Part shown: in pieces, positions 36,669-46,321 of the stretch
Layout of the letters: each line of letters begins with the position of its first letter
How positions within the stretch are numbered: position 1 is the first letter of the stretch
Virus record (IMG/VR): IMGVR_UViG_3300044844_000928
Direction: 5' to 3' (one strand)
DNA length: 64,000 bases
From: a virus
Made by a program: the position numbers and the translations under genes
Notes under the pieces: generated by a model
Databases searched by the model: none
Told to the model about the DNA's origin: nothing
What the model saw: the letters and a program-made list of their open reading frames with translations, nothing else

Positions 36669-37154
36669 GTGTTAAAACTAATATTATCAGCAGCAATTGT
36701 GTTATCGTCAACTACAGCAGTCTACGCTAAACATGAAGAAAGTAAATTTCTTGAATCAGAAATCAATTGCTTGGGGGACGCGATCTTTAGAGAATCTCGT
36801 TCCGAACCATTGGTAGGTAAAGTCCTAGTCGGTCAAGTTGTAATGAACCGGTTACGTCATAAATCCTTTCCAAAAACTGTATGTGAAGTGGTTCACCAAA
36901 AGGGACATAAACATGGAAGGCTAATTTGTCAATTCTCATGGGCATGTATGAATTTACCGCCTATCCCTAAAACGGGAAAAGAAAGATTTGACAGTTATTA
37001 CCTAGCCAGAATGATTTATAATCATGAACTTAGAGATGTATCAAAAGGCTCGTTGTTTTTCTTTAAAGATAACGAACTTAAATACGTCAAACAAATGAGA
37101 ATTGCCTTAGTAACTAAAGTCGGGCAACATGGGTTTTATAAAGAACGGGCGTGA
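36669..37154 (+). CDS. SleB-like cell wall hydrolase (Hydrolase_2)
   Basis: Signal peptide, IFRESRSEP..G...V..VVMNR, FPKTVCEVV.Q, QFSW, H.FY. Confidence 0.9.
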   Translation: MLKLILSAAIVLSSTTAVYAKHEESKFLESEINCLGDAIFRESRSEPLVGKVLVGQVVMNRLRHKSFPKTVCEVVHQKGHKHGRLICQFSWACMNLPPIPKTGKERFDSYYLARMIYNHELRDVSKGSLFFFKDNELKYVKQMRIALVTKVGQHGFYKERA

Positions 37155-37157
37155 CGC

Positions 37158-37186
37158 TTTACTTTTAGACTAAAATAAGTTATAAT
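37158..37186 (+). promoter_or_regulatory. Promoter
   Basis: TTTACT-N17-TATAAT. Confidence 0.8.
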
Positions 37187-37209
37187 TGTATTTTTGTAAT
37201 GGAGAACTT

Positions 37210-37425
37210 ATGTTTAAAACATCTAATGAATTCTCAATTTTTATTGAAACTAAATCAGCTGTAACTAAAAAACCTGTGCTAGATATTATCCTCGAATATT
37301 GCGAAGAGCATTATCTTGATGTAGTAGATGTTGTGCCTATGCTTAATCGCTCTATTCGGGGTAAACTAGAAAACGAATTTGTCGCAAACGGTATGTTGCC
37401 TAAAGTTGCTACTCTGGACGTATAA
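37210..37425 (+). CDS. gp33: Late transcription coactivator gp33
   Basis: FSIFIE...LDIILEYCEE...KLENE; 33-59-32 synteny. Confidence 0.8.
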   Translation: MFKTSNEFSIFIETKSAVTKKPVLDIILEYCEEHYLDVVDVVPMLNRSIRGKLENEFVANGMLPKVATLDV

Positions 37426-38006
37426 TGAACGGGTATCAGATTTATCAATATTACAGTTCTATAAAGCTACATTTCACGTCAAATAATTATGATGTGTTTG
37501 CTAATAAGGGTAAAACAAAAACAAGCTATTCGGCATATTTGAGCAGAAAGGATTATAAATTGTTTGAAGCTGTTAGCAAATACTTTAAATCTGACATGGA
37601 AGTTATCCAGTTCACGGCGGCTAATATTGCTTATGGGTATCCTAATTTTATATATGCCATTGATGATGGGTGCGTTGATAATTACCTACTTTTTCTAAAA
37701 CGTAAACAAAGCTTGACTAACGTCTTTAAAGACGATCTTGCTAAAATTGAATGGGAACTAGATAAAGGTGAAACAAACCTGTTTGAATTTAAAGATGGTG
37801 AAATACCATTAACGTTCAGAATGTTTATGGGCGGCTTTATTACTATTGAAACCATGAACATATTAAATAAAATGTTTGGGTTTTTGGATATCGAATATCC
37901 AATGTTTCAAAAAGAATTTCTTCGAATCAAAAAACTGTCCGGATTCGTTGAATATGATTTAGATAAACTGAAAAATGTTTATCAACAATCTAGTTTACTT
38001 TCATAG
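37425..38006 (+). CDS. gp59: Helicase loader gp59
   Basis: Y..IKLHFT..YD...RKD..F; ITIET; synteny. Confidence 0.88.
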   Translation: MNGYQIYQYYSSIKLHFTSNNYDVFANKGKTKTSYSAYLSRKDYKLFEAVSKYFKSDMEVIQFTAANIAYGYPNFIYAIDDGCVDNYLLFLKRKQSLTNVFKDDLAKIEWELDKGETNLFEFKDGEIPLTFRMFMGGFITIETMNILNKMFGFLDIEYPMFQKEFLRIKKLSGFVEYDLDKLKNVYQQSSLLS

Positions 38007-38022
38007 TGTATTAACGTATAAT
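37994..38022 (+). promoter_or_regulatory. Promoter for gene 32
   Basis: TTTACT-N17-TATAAT. Confidence 0.8.
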
Positions 38023-38087
38023 ATGAAAGTTAGGGCAGTTGACTAATCGTAAATACATCGTAATCTATCGTAAATAAAGGAAATAAT

Positions 38088-39017
38088 ATGACAATCAATA
38101 TCGAATCTTTAAGAAAAATGCGTAATGCTGACTTCGGCGCTATTACCGCTGAAATGGAAAAAATCGTTAATCCACAAACTAACAATAGTGATGATGAACG
38201 TTACTGGAAGTTGACTCGTGATAAAGCTGGCAACGGTTCAGCTGTTATTCGTTTTTTACCTAAAAAAGAGGGTGATGATTTACCTTGGGTGAAAATCTAT
38301 AATCATGGTTTTCAAGGACCAACCGGTAAATGGTTTATTGAAAATTCATTAACCACTATTGGTCAGGAAGATCCCGTTTCTATTGCTAATTCTGCATTAT
38401 GGAATACCGGTAATGAAAAGGATAAAGAGTTGGCGCGTGCTAGAAAACGCCGCCTACAATACTTTGCAAATATCGTAGTTCTTGACGATCCAGCGAATCC
38501 TGCTAATAACGGCAGAGTGTTTATCTTTAAATTTGGTAAAAAGATTTTTGACAAAATTATGGATAAAGCAAAACCAACCTTTGCTGATGATAAACCAGTG
38601 AATGTGTTTGATTTATGGGAAGGCGCTAATTTTAAATTGCGTATCCGTACCGTTGAAGGTTATCCTAATTATGACCAATCAGTTTTTGCTGAACCATCCG
38701 AATTATTCGGTGGTGACGAAGCCAAACTTGTTGCTGCTGTAAATGCACAATATCAGCTGAATGACTTTTTAGCGCCTTCTAACTTTAAAACTTATGAAGA
38801 ATTATCTAGAAAATTAAATTCAGTTATTAATCCTGATTCGCCAGCTGTACCTAACGCGAACTCTATGACTAATTCTTACGCTGAAGCACCGGTTAAGGTT
38901 GAATCTGCTTCATCTTATATGACTGCGTCAGCTCCAGCGCCTGTTGCGGCTTCAAAGTCTGACGATGATGATGAAGACGTAATGGCATATTTTGCTAGAA
39001 TTGCCGCCGCCGGATAA
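38088..39017 (+). CDS. gp32: Single-stranded DNA binding protein gp32
   Basis: DERYWK..DKAGNGSAVIRFLP, HGFQG, FGKKIFDKI, GANFKL, acidic tail. Confidence 0.97.
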   Translation: MTINIESLRKMRNADFGAITAEMEKIVNPQTNNSDDERYWKLTRDKAGNGSAVIRFLPKKEGDDLPWVKIYNHGFQGPTGKWFIENSLTTIGQEDPVSIANSALWNTGNEKDKELARARKRRLQYFANIVVLDDPANPANNGRVFIFKFGKKIFDKIMDKAKPTFADDKPVNVFDLWEGANFKLRIRTVEGYPNYDQSVFAEPSELFGGDEAKLVAAVNAQYQLNDFLAPSNFKTYEELSRKLNSVINPDSPAVPNANSMTNSYAEAPVKVESASSYMTASAPAPVAASKSDDDDEDVMAYFARIAAAG

Positions 39018-39035
39018 TCCTTTTAAGGATTAGTT

Positions 39036-39071
39036 AAGCCGCTCTATCTTAATTGGTAGATCGGCTTTTTT
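39036..39071 (+). terminator. Terminator (direct-repeat copy 1)
   Basis: aagccgctctatcttaattggtagatcggctttttt. Confidence 0.85.
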
Positions 39072-39100
39072 GTTTTAAATAATATTTTATGGAGGAATAT

Positions 39101-39559
39101 ATGTTAAGTTATAAAGAATTTACTGGACATTTAAATGAACAAGTCAAACCCGTTAAATTGAAACAGGGAAATGTACAAATAGTAACGCCGTTAAAAGCAA
39201 CAAAAGACCCAGATTGGGGTGATTATTCTATTGACCACCCAAAATTCCCTAAGGAATCAAGAGTTGATGCTAATAAAATTACCATCAAAAATGGTATGGT
39301 TGTAGGTATGACGGAAACGTTGGCTAAACAACTTGGAGTTGAAACTGTAGGTGATAAATTTGGAAAAACTGCAGATGAACAAAGAAAAGAAAAAGAAACA
39401 TTGGCTAAAGAAAAAGCACATAAAGAATTTCAAAATTCAGCAACCGGCGCTATAGTTAAATCTTGGGGCATAAAAAATGCCGTAAATACAGGCAAAATCA
39501 GCAAAGAAGATGGTGAACTTAGATTGAAAAATTTAGCTGATAAATTCAATAATAAATAA
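39101..39559 (+). CDS. Putative internal head protein
   Basis: GGAGG RBS, TAAATA upstream, MLSYKEFTGHLNE leader. Confidence 0.65.
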   Translation: MLSYKEFTGHLNEQVKPVKLKQGNVQIVTPLKATKDPDWGDYSIDHPKFPKESRVDANKITIKNGMVVGMTETLAKQLGVETVGDKFGKTADEQRKEKETLAKEKAHKEFQNSATGAIVKSWGIKNAVNTGKISKEDGELRLKNLADKFNNK

Positions 39560-39577
39560 CACAAATCATACAACAAA

Positions 39578-39613
39578 AAGCCGCTCTATCTTAATTGGTA
39601 GAGCGGCTTTTTT
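39578..39613 (+). terminator. Terminator (direct-repeat copy 2)
   Basis: One mismatch from 39036-39071. Confidence 0.88.
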
Positions 39614-39619
39614 GTGCCT

Positions 39620-39731
39620 AAAATAAATTTAAAAATAATTAAAAAAAAGCTTTACTTTTTTATAAAACATAGTATAATAGATCGTAATGAAGTTTTAAAC
39701 CGTAATTAAATTATTTGGAGTGTGTAAGATG
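39620..39731 (+). promoter_or_regulatory. Repeated early promoter cassette
   Basis: TTTACT 39651, TATAAT 39673, leader shared with the 17461 copy. Confidence 0.85.
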
Positions 39732-40025
39732 AGTAAAGAAGTTGCCCTTTCTATTAAAGAAACCGCTGTTCGTTTAGGCTGGACTGTTGAAGTTCGCGGT
39801 TCTATTTTGACCATCAAAAAACCTATTAGCGGCAGAGAAGAATTTGTAACCGCTGATATGGAATACTACTCTATTCTTGGTTTATTACCACAAACCTCTC
39901 CTGGTAGCATTTGGGGAACTGACGGCGGCGGTATTGGTGCCGTATCTGCGATGTCTAAAGGTTTATTTGTTATGAATAAATCTGGTGGTTCAAAAAGAGT
40001 ATTAAATGCTCTTGCTAAACTATAG
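39729..40025 (+). CDS. Hypothetical early protein
   Basis: Start after GGAG; GSIWGTDGGGIG. Confidence 0.7.
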   Translation: MSKEVALSIKETAVRLGWTVEVRGSILTIKKPISGREEFVTADMEYYSILGLLPQTSPGSIWGTDGGGIGAVSAMSKGLFVMNKSGGSKRVLNALAKL

Positions 40026-40124
40026 GGAGAACGCTTATGATAGCGAAACAGTGTGCTCAAAAAGTTAATGGTCATTGTCCATTACATAACCTATTTTGTA
40101 AATATCCTGAATGTGAGAAATAAA

Positions 40125-40451
40125 ATGGCAAATTATATTTTAGTAAAAGTAGACACAAATGATGGCGATTACGCAAGTAACTTTACTGAAATCAGCGACG
40201 AAACATTAGCGATTATACAGCCTTTGATTGAAAAAATTAAAGCTAACCCAAACAGTCACAATTTCAATTATCGCGAAGGTTTAGATGAGGATGAACATGC
40301 ATATGACGTATACATAGCCAAAGAAACGGCTGAAGAAGACGAAGAAGTTCTTGATATATTTTGGGATTTTCTTCCTATGCCAGAATATGGTTTTCATACA
40401 ATAGTTTCTATTGAAATTTATGAAGTTAGTCGCGTTGAGAAACTATTATAA
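40125..40451 (+). CDS. Hypothetical protein
   Basis: DTNDGDY...LP..EYGFHTI.SI. Confidence 0.65.
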   Translation: MANYILVKVDTNDGDYASNFTEISDETLAIIQPLIEKIKANPNSHNFNYREGLDEDEHAYDVYIAKETAEEDEEVLDIFWDFLPMPEYGFHTIVSIEIYEVSRVEKLL

Positions 40452-40734
40452 ATTGGATAATACGATGCATAATGAAATAACCTATCTATATTTTTGTACA
40501 CTCGGCGGGTTAGCTAACCCTCGTTGTATGAAAATGGAACACCGAAACGGGACTCATGTTTATTATACCTACCATTTTGGAGTTGAATGATGGCATCCTC
40601 ATATTTTATATGTTGTACAAATTTAGAAACTAAATTATCAGAGCATTTTAAAGTGCCACATTCAATATATGTTTATATTAAACAGTTAGAATGTCAGATA
40701 TATAAACTTAAAAAAGAAAATTGTAACGGAGAAA

Positions 40735-40968
40735 ATGATGAAAACTGAAATTGAAAAATTGATTAAAAGATGGGACGAATCCTTAGTTGATGAAAATGAA
40801 GAATTTGAAGAACAAATGGCTAAACTTGTAAAACTGGTTATAGAGGATGTTCTATATTATGTTGAAGATGAAGTCAATTATGAAGCCGGTAGAACTGTGG
40901 CAAAAAATGTTGATGCTGCTATTAAAGAACATTACGGGTTGAAAGATAATGAAACTGCAAACAAATAA
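40735..40968 (+). CDS. Hypothetical protein
   Basis: ORF with GGAG RBS. Confidence 0.55.
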   Translation: MMKTEIEKLIKRWDESLVDENEEFEEQMAKLVKLVIEDVLYYVEDEVNYEAGRTVAKNVDAAIKEHYGLKDNETANK

Positions 40969-41013
40969 ATCATATCGAAATAATGAGCATGAATTTACAC
41001 CTTGACGCAATGT

Positions 41014-41121
41014 AAATTATTTTTAAAAAAAAGATAAAAAAAGCTTTACTTTTACAAAAAACATAGTATAATAGAATCTATAAATTGAACTTAAATCCTA
41101 ATTTTCGGAGTGTATATTATG
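41014..41121 (+). promoter_or_regulatory. Repeated early promoter cassette
   Basis: Shares aaagataaaaaa(a)gctttacttttacaaaaaacatagtataataga with the 18171 copy. Confidence 0.85.
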
Positions 41122-41781
41122 TCTAAATTAACTTTTTCTGTTATCAAAGCTGCTGTTGAAACCGCTGTTTCTGCTTACGATACTCGTCGTGAGAACGCAT
41201 TTAAATCTCTTGTTGAAAGCGCCGGCGTTGCGCCAACCATCGGTAAAGATGGTCGTTTTCATGCGCCTTGCGATGGGTATCAATGGGGAGAACAAGTTTA
41301 TATGGGCGGTCAATACCTACCATATGATGAAGACGATAACCGTTCGTCTGTTATCAAAGGTAAATACAAAATCGAAACTTCTTTGTTTGAAGAGTTTAAC
41401 CAACTTTTCGGTGGCAACTGCTCTATAGGTAAAAGCTGGGTTCAAAATGGCGTTGAGGTTGCTTACCTTTACTGCATGCTGTCTAGAACTCAAAATACCG
41501 CTATTTCAAAATTGGTTCCGGAAGGTGGTAAAATTGTTGTCGCAGTTAAAGAAGGAGAAACGCCTACTAATTCTGTATGGAAATGGAGCGATGCTCGTCA
41601 GTGGAATAAAATCGTTAATTCTGGTATGGATATTGATACCGCAGAATTCTTTTATTCTCCTGGAGTTAAATGGAAAGTTGAGCCTGGCAGAAAAATTAAA
41701 GGTAAACTTCGCGAGGTCTATTCGGATCTTGATGGCAAACAGGTTCACTACGAACACATCGACAACACTATCTACGCTTAA
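41119..41781 (+). CDS. Hypothetical early protein
   Basis: GRFHAPCDGY...GGQYLP. Confidence 0.7.
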   Translation: MSKLTFSVIKAAVETAVSAYDTRRENAFKSLVESAGVAPTIGKDGRFHAPCDGYQWGEQVYMGGQYLPYDEDDNRSSVIKGKYKIETSLFEEFNQLFGGNCSIGKSWVQNGVEVAYLYCMLSRTQNTAISKLVPEGGKIVVAVKEGETPTNSVWKWSDARQWNKIVNSGMDIDTAEFFYSPGVKWKVEPGRKIKGKLREVYSDLDGKQVHYEHIDNTIYA

Positions 41782-41794
41782 TCAGGAGAATACC

Positions 41795-42025
41795 ATGGCA
41801 ACATTTAGATACAGAGATATTATTTGTAACAGAGATACCGTTGACGGCGTTGTTAAAGTTAAATCATCATTTGAGTTTAAAACGGTTAAAGAACTCAATG
41901 AGAAACTAAGAATTAATGATTCTGATAAGTTTTATGTAAAAACTGTCCAATATTTTTCTGAAACGCTTAAACCGGTTTATCAAAAATATTCAGAGTTTGA
42001 TGTGCTCATGGGATGGGTCGAGTAA
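41795..42025 (+). CDS. Hypothetical protein
   Basis: AGGAG RBS before ATG 41795; the longer track ORF is a shadow extension. Confidence 0.6.
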   Translation: MATFRYRDIICNRDTVDGVVKVKSSFEFKTVKELNEKLRINDSDKFYVKTVQYFSETLKPVYQKYSEFDVLMGWVE

Positions 42026-42180
42026 TGAACGAAACACACTTCCTAAAAATTGACGGCGAAACATTCATATGTGAATGTGGCTCAAATATGTTCCATTATG
42101 ATATTAATCCACCCGCCGGTTATGAGTGGCACGTATGTAATGGGTGTGGAACAACTTACCAATCTGAAGAGATAAATTAA
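42025..42180 (+). CDS. Small Zn-ribbon protein
   Basis: CECGSNMF...CNGCG. Confidence 0.6.
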   Translation: MNETHFLKIDGETFICECGSNMFHYDINPPAGYEWHVCNGCGTTYQSEEIN

Positions 42181-42188
42181 AATAAAGC

Positions 42189-42217
42189 TTTACTTTAAAT
42201 TAAAATTAAGGTATAAT
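42189..42217 (+). promoter_or_regulatory. Early promoter
   Basis: TTTACT-N17-TATAAT. Confidence 0.8.
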
Positions 42218-42381
42218 TCCTTGAACTTAAAAATTGAGGTGTTAAATGAATTTTAAATCTGTGTTAGAAAAAACTTTACAAACCGCCGGCGCTAAACCTG
42301 AACCTATGCAGGCTAAAACCAACACCCAAAAAGAATTGATGGAATGGGTTGTGATTCAACAAGAAATTGTGAGAACTGCTA

Positions 42382-42615
42382 ATGTCTGATACAATGTTTT
42401 ATAATCATATCGGACCAACATTAGGCAGATTGTTGATGAAGTTTGATGATGAAATTAATTCTAGCGAAGAACGCCTTGATAAAATTAAAGATTTGTTAGC
42501 AGAATTTGACCATCTAAAGCCTTATGCCTTTGGCAAGTTATATAATTTGAACGCAGAAGATTTAGCTATCGATATGATGGCTTTCCACAATAAAGTATTA
42601 TGGGAAAAATATTAA
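42382..42615 (+). CDS. Hypothetical protein
   Basis: ORF in co-directional cluster. Confidence 0.5.
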   Translation: MSDTMFYNHIGPTLGRLLMKFDDEINSSEERLDKIKDLLAEFDHLKPYAFGKLYNLNAEDLAIDMMAFHNKVLWEKY

Positions 42616-43304
42616 TGAAAATTATCAGCGACTTTAAAGATTATTATGATTATCTTTCTCACCAATATGGCGTTGATGAGAAAATCGTTTTTAACAGAAA
42701 GCCTATTCCTAACAATGATGAAACTAAATCTATTCTAAAGGAAACATTAGGATTGGTCAGAGAATATAAATATGCATTAGATAACAAACTTTTTAGTATT
42801 GGCAACGAAAAAAGCTCAAATTACAGATGGCTTTCAGTCAATGGTATTTTGTATTTGGTATACAGAGAAAGGTTGATGTATGCCAATTCTCCATATAAAG
42901 TTTTTACCCGCGAACAATATGACTTTTTCTTTCCTAAAGATATACATAGTTTTAGAAAAAAACGTTTGTATGGAGACTTAGTAGGTAACGCAAACTTTGT
43001 TAAAGAGTTAACCGGTATTCATGCCAAATTAAATACTCCAGTATTTTGGTTTGATAACACAGGGTTTGGTGAAATGTTATTTATTGGTGAGTCTAACGAA
43101 TCTAAATATAAAGCTCCAATTTTATCTGAACTTGGATTTGCTTCTATTTACCCAGCAGATAAACTATTTCAGGATATCTCATATTTTATGGGTAATGTTA
43201 TGAGAGGATCTCCTGATATTAAACCGCCCGTAGAAATTGAAAATAAAGACAAAATTCTTGCTCATGGGTTTGACCTTAAACAAAGTTTTAGACATCGGAA
43301 ATAA
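42615..43304 (+). CDS. Conserved phage hypothetical protein
   Basis: MKIISDFKDYYD...HGFDLKQSFR. Confidence 0.7.
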   Translation: MKIISDFKDYYDYLSHQYGVDEKIVFNRKPIPNNDETKSILKETLGLVREYKYALDNKLFSIGNEKSSNYRWLSVNGILYLVYRERLMYANSPYKVFTREQYDFFFPKDIHSFRKKRLYGDLVGNANFVKELTGIHAKLNTPVFWFDNTGFGEMLFIGESNESKYKAPILSELGFASIYPADKLFQDISYFMGNVMRGSPDIKPPVEIENKDKILAHGFDLKQSFRHRK

Positions 43305-43305
43305 T

Positions 43306-43515
43306 ATGGTTTCAAACAAACAAAATTTATTAAAATTAAAAATTCGCTCAATGGTTATAGTTGGTGTATTACTTAATGCTGTGATTGTATATATGTCTAT
43401 AAACTCATATTACACTTGGGCGTTTGTTGCTACGGTAGCGCTTCAATGTATAAATTTATTATCAATCGTAAAATTGAATCATCGATATGAATGGATTTAC
43501 GGTGATGAGATATAA
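43306..43515 (+). CDS. Small membrane protein
   Basis: Two hydrophobic segments. Confidence 0.5.
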   Translation: MVSNKQNLLKLKIRSMVIVGVLLNAVIVYMSINSYYTWAFVATVALQCINLLSIVKLNHRYEWIYGDEI

Positions 43516-43516
43516 C

Positions 43517-43554
43517 AAAAAAAGACCCGATTCCGGCTAAGGTTTCGGGTCTTT
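43517..43554. terminator. Terminator between convergent early and late units
   Basis: aaagacccga / tcgggtcttt stem with an A tract on the left. Confidence 0.8.
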
Positions 43555-43556
43555 CA

Positions 43557-46139
43557 TTATGAATTAAATTTGTATCGGCTATCAAACAACCGGTTTAACG
43601 AACCATCATTATTTTTAACATCCTTTCTTACTACATTAGTTTGATTAGAGTTTGTTATCGTTGTTGGTGATATAATAGTCGTACCAGAATCACCGTTATT
43701 ACCCGCCGCCATTCTAGCATCTTCAGACCCTGTACTTGCTTTAATTAATTCTCTTGATGAATCAACTTTTTCGGCAGTAGGTTTTAATTGATAAAATCTA
43801 GCAGTCGTTGGGTCTTCATTATCTTCCAACATTTTTCTAATTTGGTCTTTAGGCTTATTATCCCTTTCAGCAAGTAGGTTAACTTTCATATCTTCAACCT
43901 TACTTAATTGTTCTTTAAAGATTTTTATATCTTCTTCAGTATTTGATGATTCAGATAACTGTTTTGCGGCTTTGACTCGTTCTTCCTCAACCTTCTTAAA
44001 CTCAGTATTGTAATCTTTTGTTGCAGGTTCAGCCTTTACCGGTTGACCGTTTACCGTAGCTTCTGTTGTTTGCGCAGTATCAGCGTTTGGTTTAACATCA
44101 GTTCCTAATTCACCTGTAGTAACATCCGGCTTATCAGCGTTTGGTTTAACATCAGTTCCTAATTCACCTGTAGTAACATCCGGCTTATCAGCGTTTGGTT
44201 TATCTTCCGGTTTAATTCCTTCTAATAGTTTACCCGCGTCTTCTTTAGGTGTTTCCTCAGCTTTTGGTTCTTCAGTGCCAGTTAACTTTTTCATCTCTTC
44301 CCAAACTTGGTTTTTGACTTCAGTTAATCTGGTTCCAGCTTCTGGGTCTTCTTCCGGTTTAATTCCGTAAACATCTTCATAAACTTCTTTAGCGACTAAT
44401 GCCGCTGTAGCAGGAATAGCAGTTGCCGCTGAACCTAATCCACTGACAGCTTCTAATCCGGCGGCTACCTTATCACCTTCAGCTAATGAGACAGCAGCAG
44501 CACCTAATCCTATTAATGCACCTATTCCTGGGATAGATTTTCCAGCGGCTTTCAATGCGGCTTTCGGTAGGCGTTTTGCTATAGATTCTGATATCAGTTT
44601 ACCTGTATCTTTTAACGCTTCAGATTTTACTACTTTAGCAACACCAGTTTTAGCTGCACCTGCTACCTTTGACACAGAACCCTTAGCAGTCTCGGCAAGC
44701 TCTACGGCTTTAGTTGGTATTCCTTTAGCAGCTGCCCCAATAGCACCAACAGCGGCTTTACCGGACTCTAGAACAGCTTTACCAGCTGTTGCCGCACCTA
44801 CCGCCATACCTCCTACTACACGCGCAACATTAGCCGCTCCACGTTTTAATATATTTCCTTTTGGGTTTCTTCTAGAAGTTCTTGTAGGACTTCGTTTAGG
44901 GTTTCGGTCTCTTTTTTCACCGCCTAAAAAATCATCAAATACTGAATCATCATTTTTGTTGTTTCCTCCACCAAAACCTTTACTTTCAAATCTTTGTAAA
45001 ATTTCATATATTTTGGTTTGAATTTTTAATTGTTCATCAGAGGTTTTATATTGTTTACTCGATATGTCTAACTGCTGTTTATTTTGATTAAGTAGGTTTT
45101 CTTGAAATTTAAAATTGTCGATTTCTTCTTGAGACTTAGTGTTACTGTCTTTATGCTCGGCTTCATCTAATGATGTTGATGGAACAGCAGATTCTGGTTT
45201 AACCGATTCAGCCTTTACCGGCGCTTCTTTTATCTCTAATCTATTAGTTTTTTCAACATATTTTTTGATTTTTTCTATCTTAGTTTCGATGGTCTTAATC
45301 AATTTACTGTCTTGTGTTAAGTTGTTTTCTTTTAATACCTTTAAATCTTTTTCAAACTCAACATATTCTTTAGCCTGTTTTCTCAGTTCCTTTGATTCAG
45401 CTAACAGTTTGCCTTTTACTTCTTCAGTATTACCCTTTTTCAAAAGCTTAGGATTTTCCTTTAATACCTTATCAACATAAGCCTTATGTGATTTTGTGTC
45501 GGCAGCAAGTTTAGCCAACGGAGAAAACTGTACAGATGATTCTACAGCTTTTACTGCGCTTTTATTTGCTTTCTTTTCAGGTATAACCTGTTCAAATTCA
45601 GGCTTTTGTTTTTCGCTCAAATCGTATTTTGTAAATGCTAAAGCATTACTTACACGCTTACTCAGCATAGAATAATCTTTTACACCAAGCTTTTTCTGAA
45701 ACGCATCAATACCAGAAAAGAACCTACTTGGTGGTTCTTTTCTTATTGGTGGTTGAAATACTGGAGTCTGCGCTGGTTCATTAACTTTAGTTTCTGTTTT
45801 ATTAATGACAGATGAAGAAAACTTGCCTTTTAAGGATTCCATCAATTTTAATAGATTGCTATTTTTATCGTTGATGCCTTTATCGATGTTAGATAAAAGT
45901 TTACCGAAATCTGTATTCTCAAATGAATTATCAACTAATGAATGTAAATCGGCAGTGGCATTTAAAATTTTACTTCCTGTTTGAATAGGTGTGCCAGAAA
46001 CATTTCCGGCGGCTACTTTTATTTCTTCCTTTAACTCTACAGCTTTTTCTTTTAGTTCATTAGTATCTTCTTTGATATCAGACACCTGTTTTGCCTGCTT
46101 ATCCAGTAATGCGGTCAAACTTTTATCCCGTTTACTCAT
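43557..46139 (-). CDS. Probable baseplate hub / tail length determinator (gp29-like)
   Basis: Long helical Lys/Ala-rich protein with KSIPGIGALIG segment; follows gp26-gp51. Confidence 0.6.
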   Translation of the reverse strand: MSKRDKSLTALLDKQAKQVSDIKEDTNELKEKAVELKEEIKVAAGNVSGTPIQTGSKILNATADLHSLVDNSFENTDFGKLLSNIDKGINDKNSNLLKLMESLKGKFSSSVINKTETKVNEPAQTPVFQPPIRKEPPSRFFSGIDAFQKKLGVKDYSMLSKRVSNALAFTKYDLSEKQKPEFEQVIPEKKANKSAVKAVESSVQFSPLAKLAADTKSHKAYVDKVLKENPKLLKKGNTEEVKGKLLAESKELRKQAKEYVEFEKDLKVLKENNLTQDSKLIKTIETKIEKIKKYVEKTNRLEIKEAPVKAESVKPESAVPSTSLDEAEHKDSNTKSQEEIDNFKFQENLLNQNKQQLDISSKQYKTSDEQLKIQTKIYEILQRFESKGFGGGNNKNDDSVFDDFLGGEKRDRNPKRSPTRTSRRNPKGNILKRGAANVARVVGGMAVGAATAGKAVLESGKAAVGAIGAAAKGIPTKAVELAETAKGSVSKVAGAAKTGVAKVVKSEALKDTGKLISESIAKRLPKAALKAAGKSIPGIGALIGLGAAAVSLAEGDKVAAGLEAVSGLGSAATAIPATAALVAKEVYEDVYGIKPEEDPEAGTRLTEVKNQVWEEMKKLTGTEEPKAEETPKEDAGKLLEGIKPEDKPNADKPDVTTGELGTDVKPNADKPDVTTGELGTDVKPNADTAQTTEATVNGQPVKAEPATKDYNTEFKKVEEERVKAAKQLSESSNTEEDIKIFKEQLSKVEDMKVNLLAERDNKPKDQIRKMLEDNEDPTTARFYQLKPTAEKVDSSRELIKASTGSEDARMAAGNNGDSGTTIISPTTITNSNQTNVVRKDVKNNDGSLNRLFDSRYKFNS
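44078..44202 (-). repeat. 54-bp tandem repeat (KPNADKPDVTTGELGTDV)
   Basis: About 2.3 exact copies. Confidence 0.92.
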
Positions 46140-46321
46140 TTTCTTTTATTCCTTTCTATTCGTTCCTTTTCTTCTTTCAAATGCATAATTAACAACGAAA
46201 CGTATATTTCCCTTTCAAATGGCATTAATCTTTCAATGTCGCCTATGCTGTATTTATGATATTGAATAAGGGCAAAATTCGTCTTCATATAATTCAGCAA
46301 ATTATCGTGGCTCATTGCCAT
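46136..46321 (-). CDS. gp51: Baseplate hub assembly catalyst gp51 (short form)
   Basis: NYMKTNFALIQYHKYS...MPFEREIYV. Confidence 0.85.
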   Translation of the reverse strand: MAMSHDNLLNYMKTNFALIQYHKYSIGDIERLMPFEREIYVSLLIMHLKEEKERIERNKRK

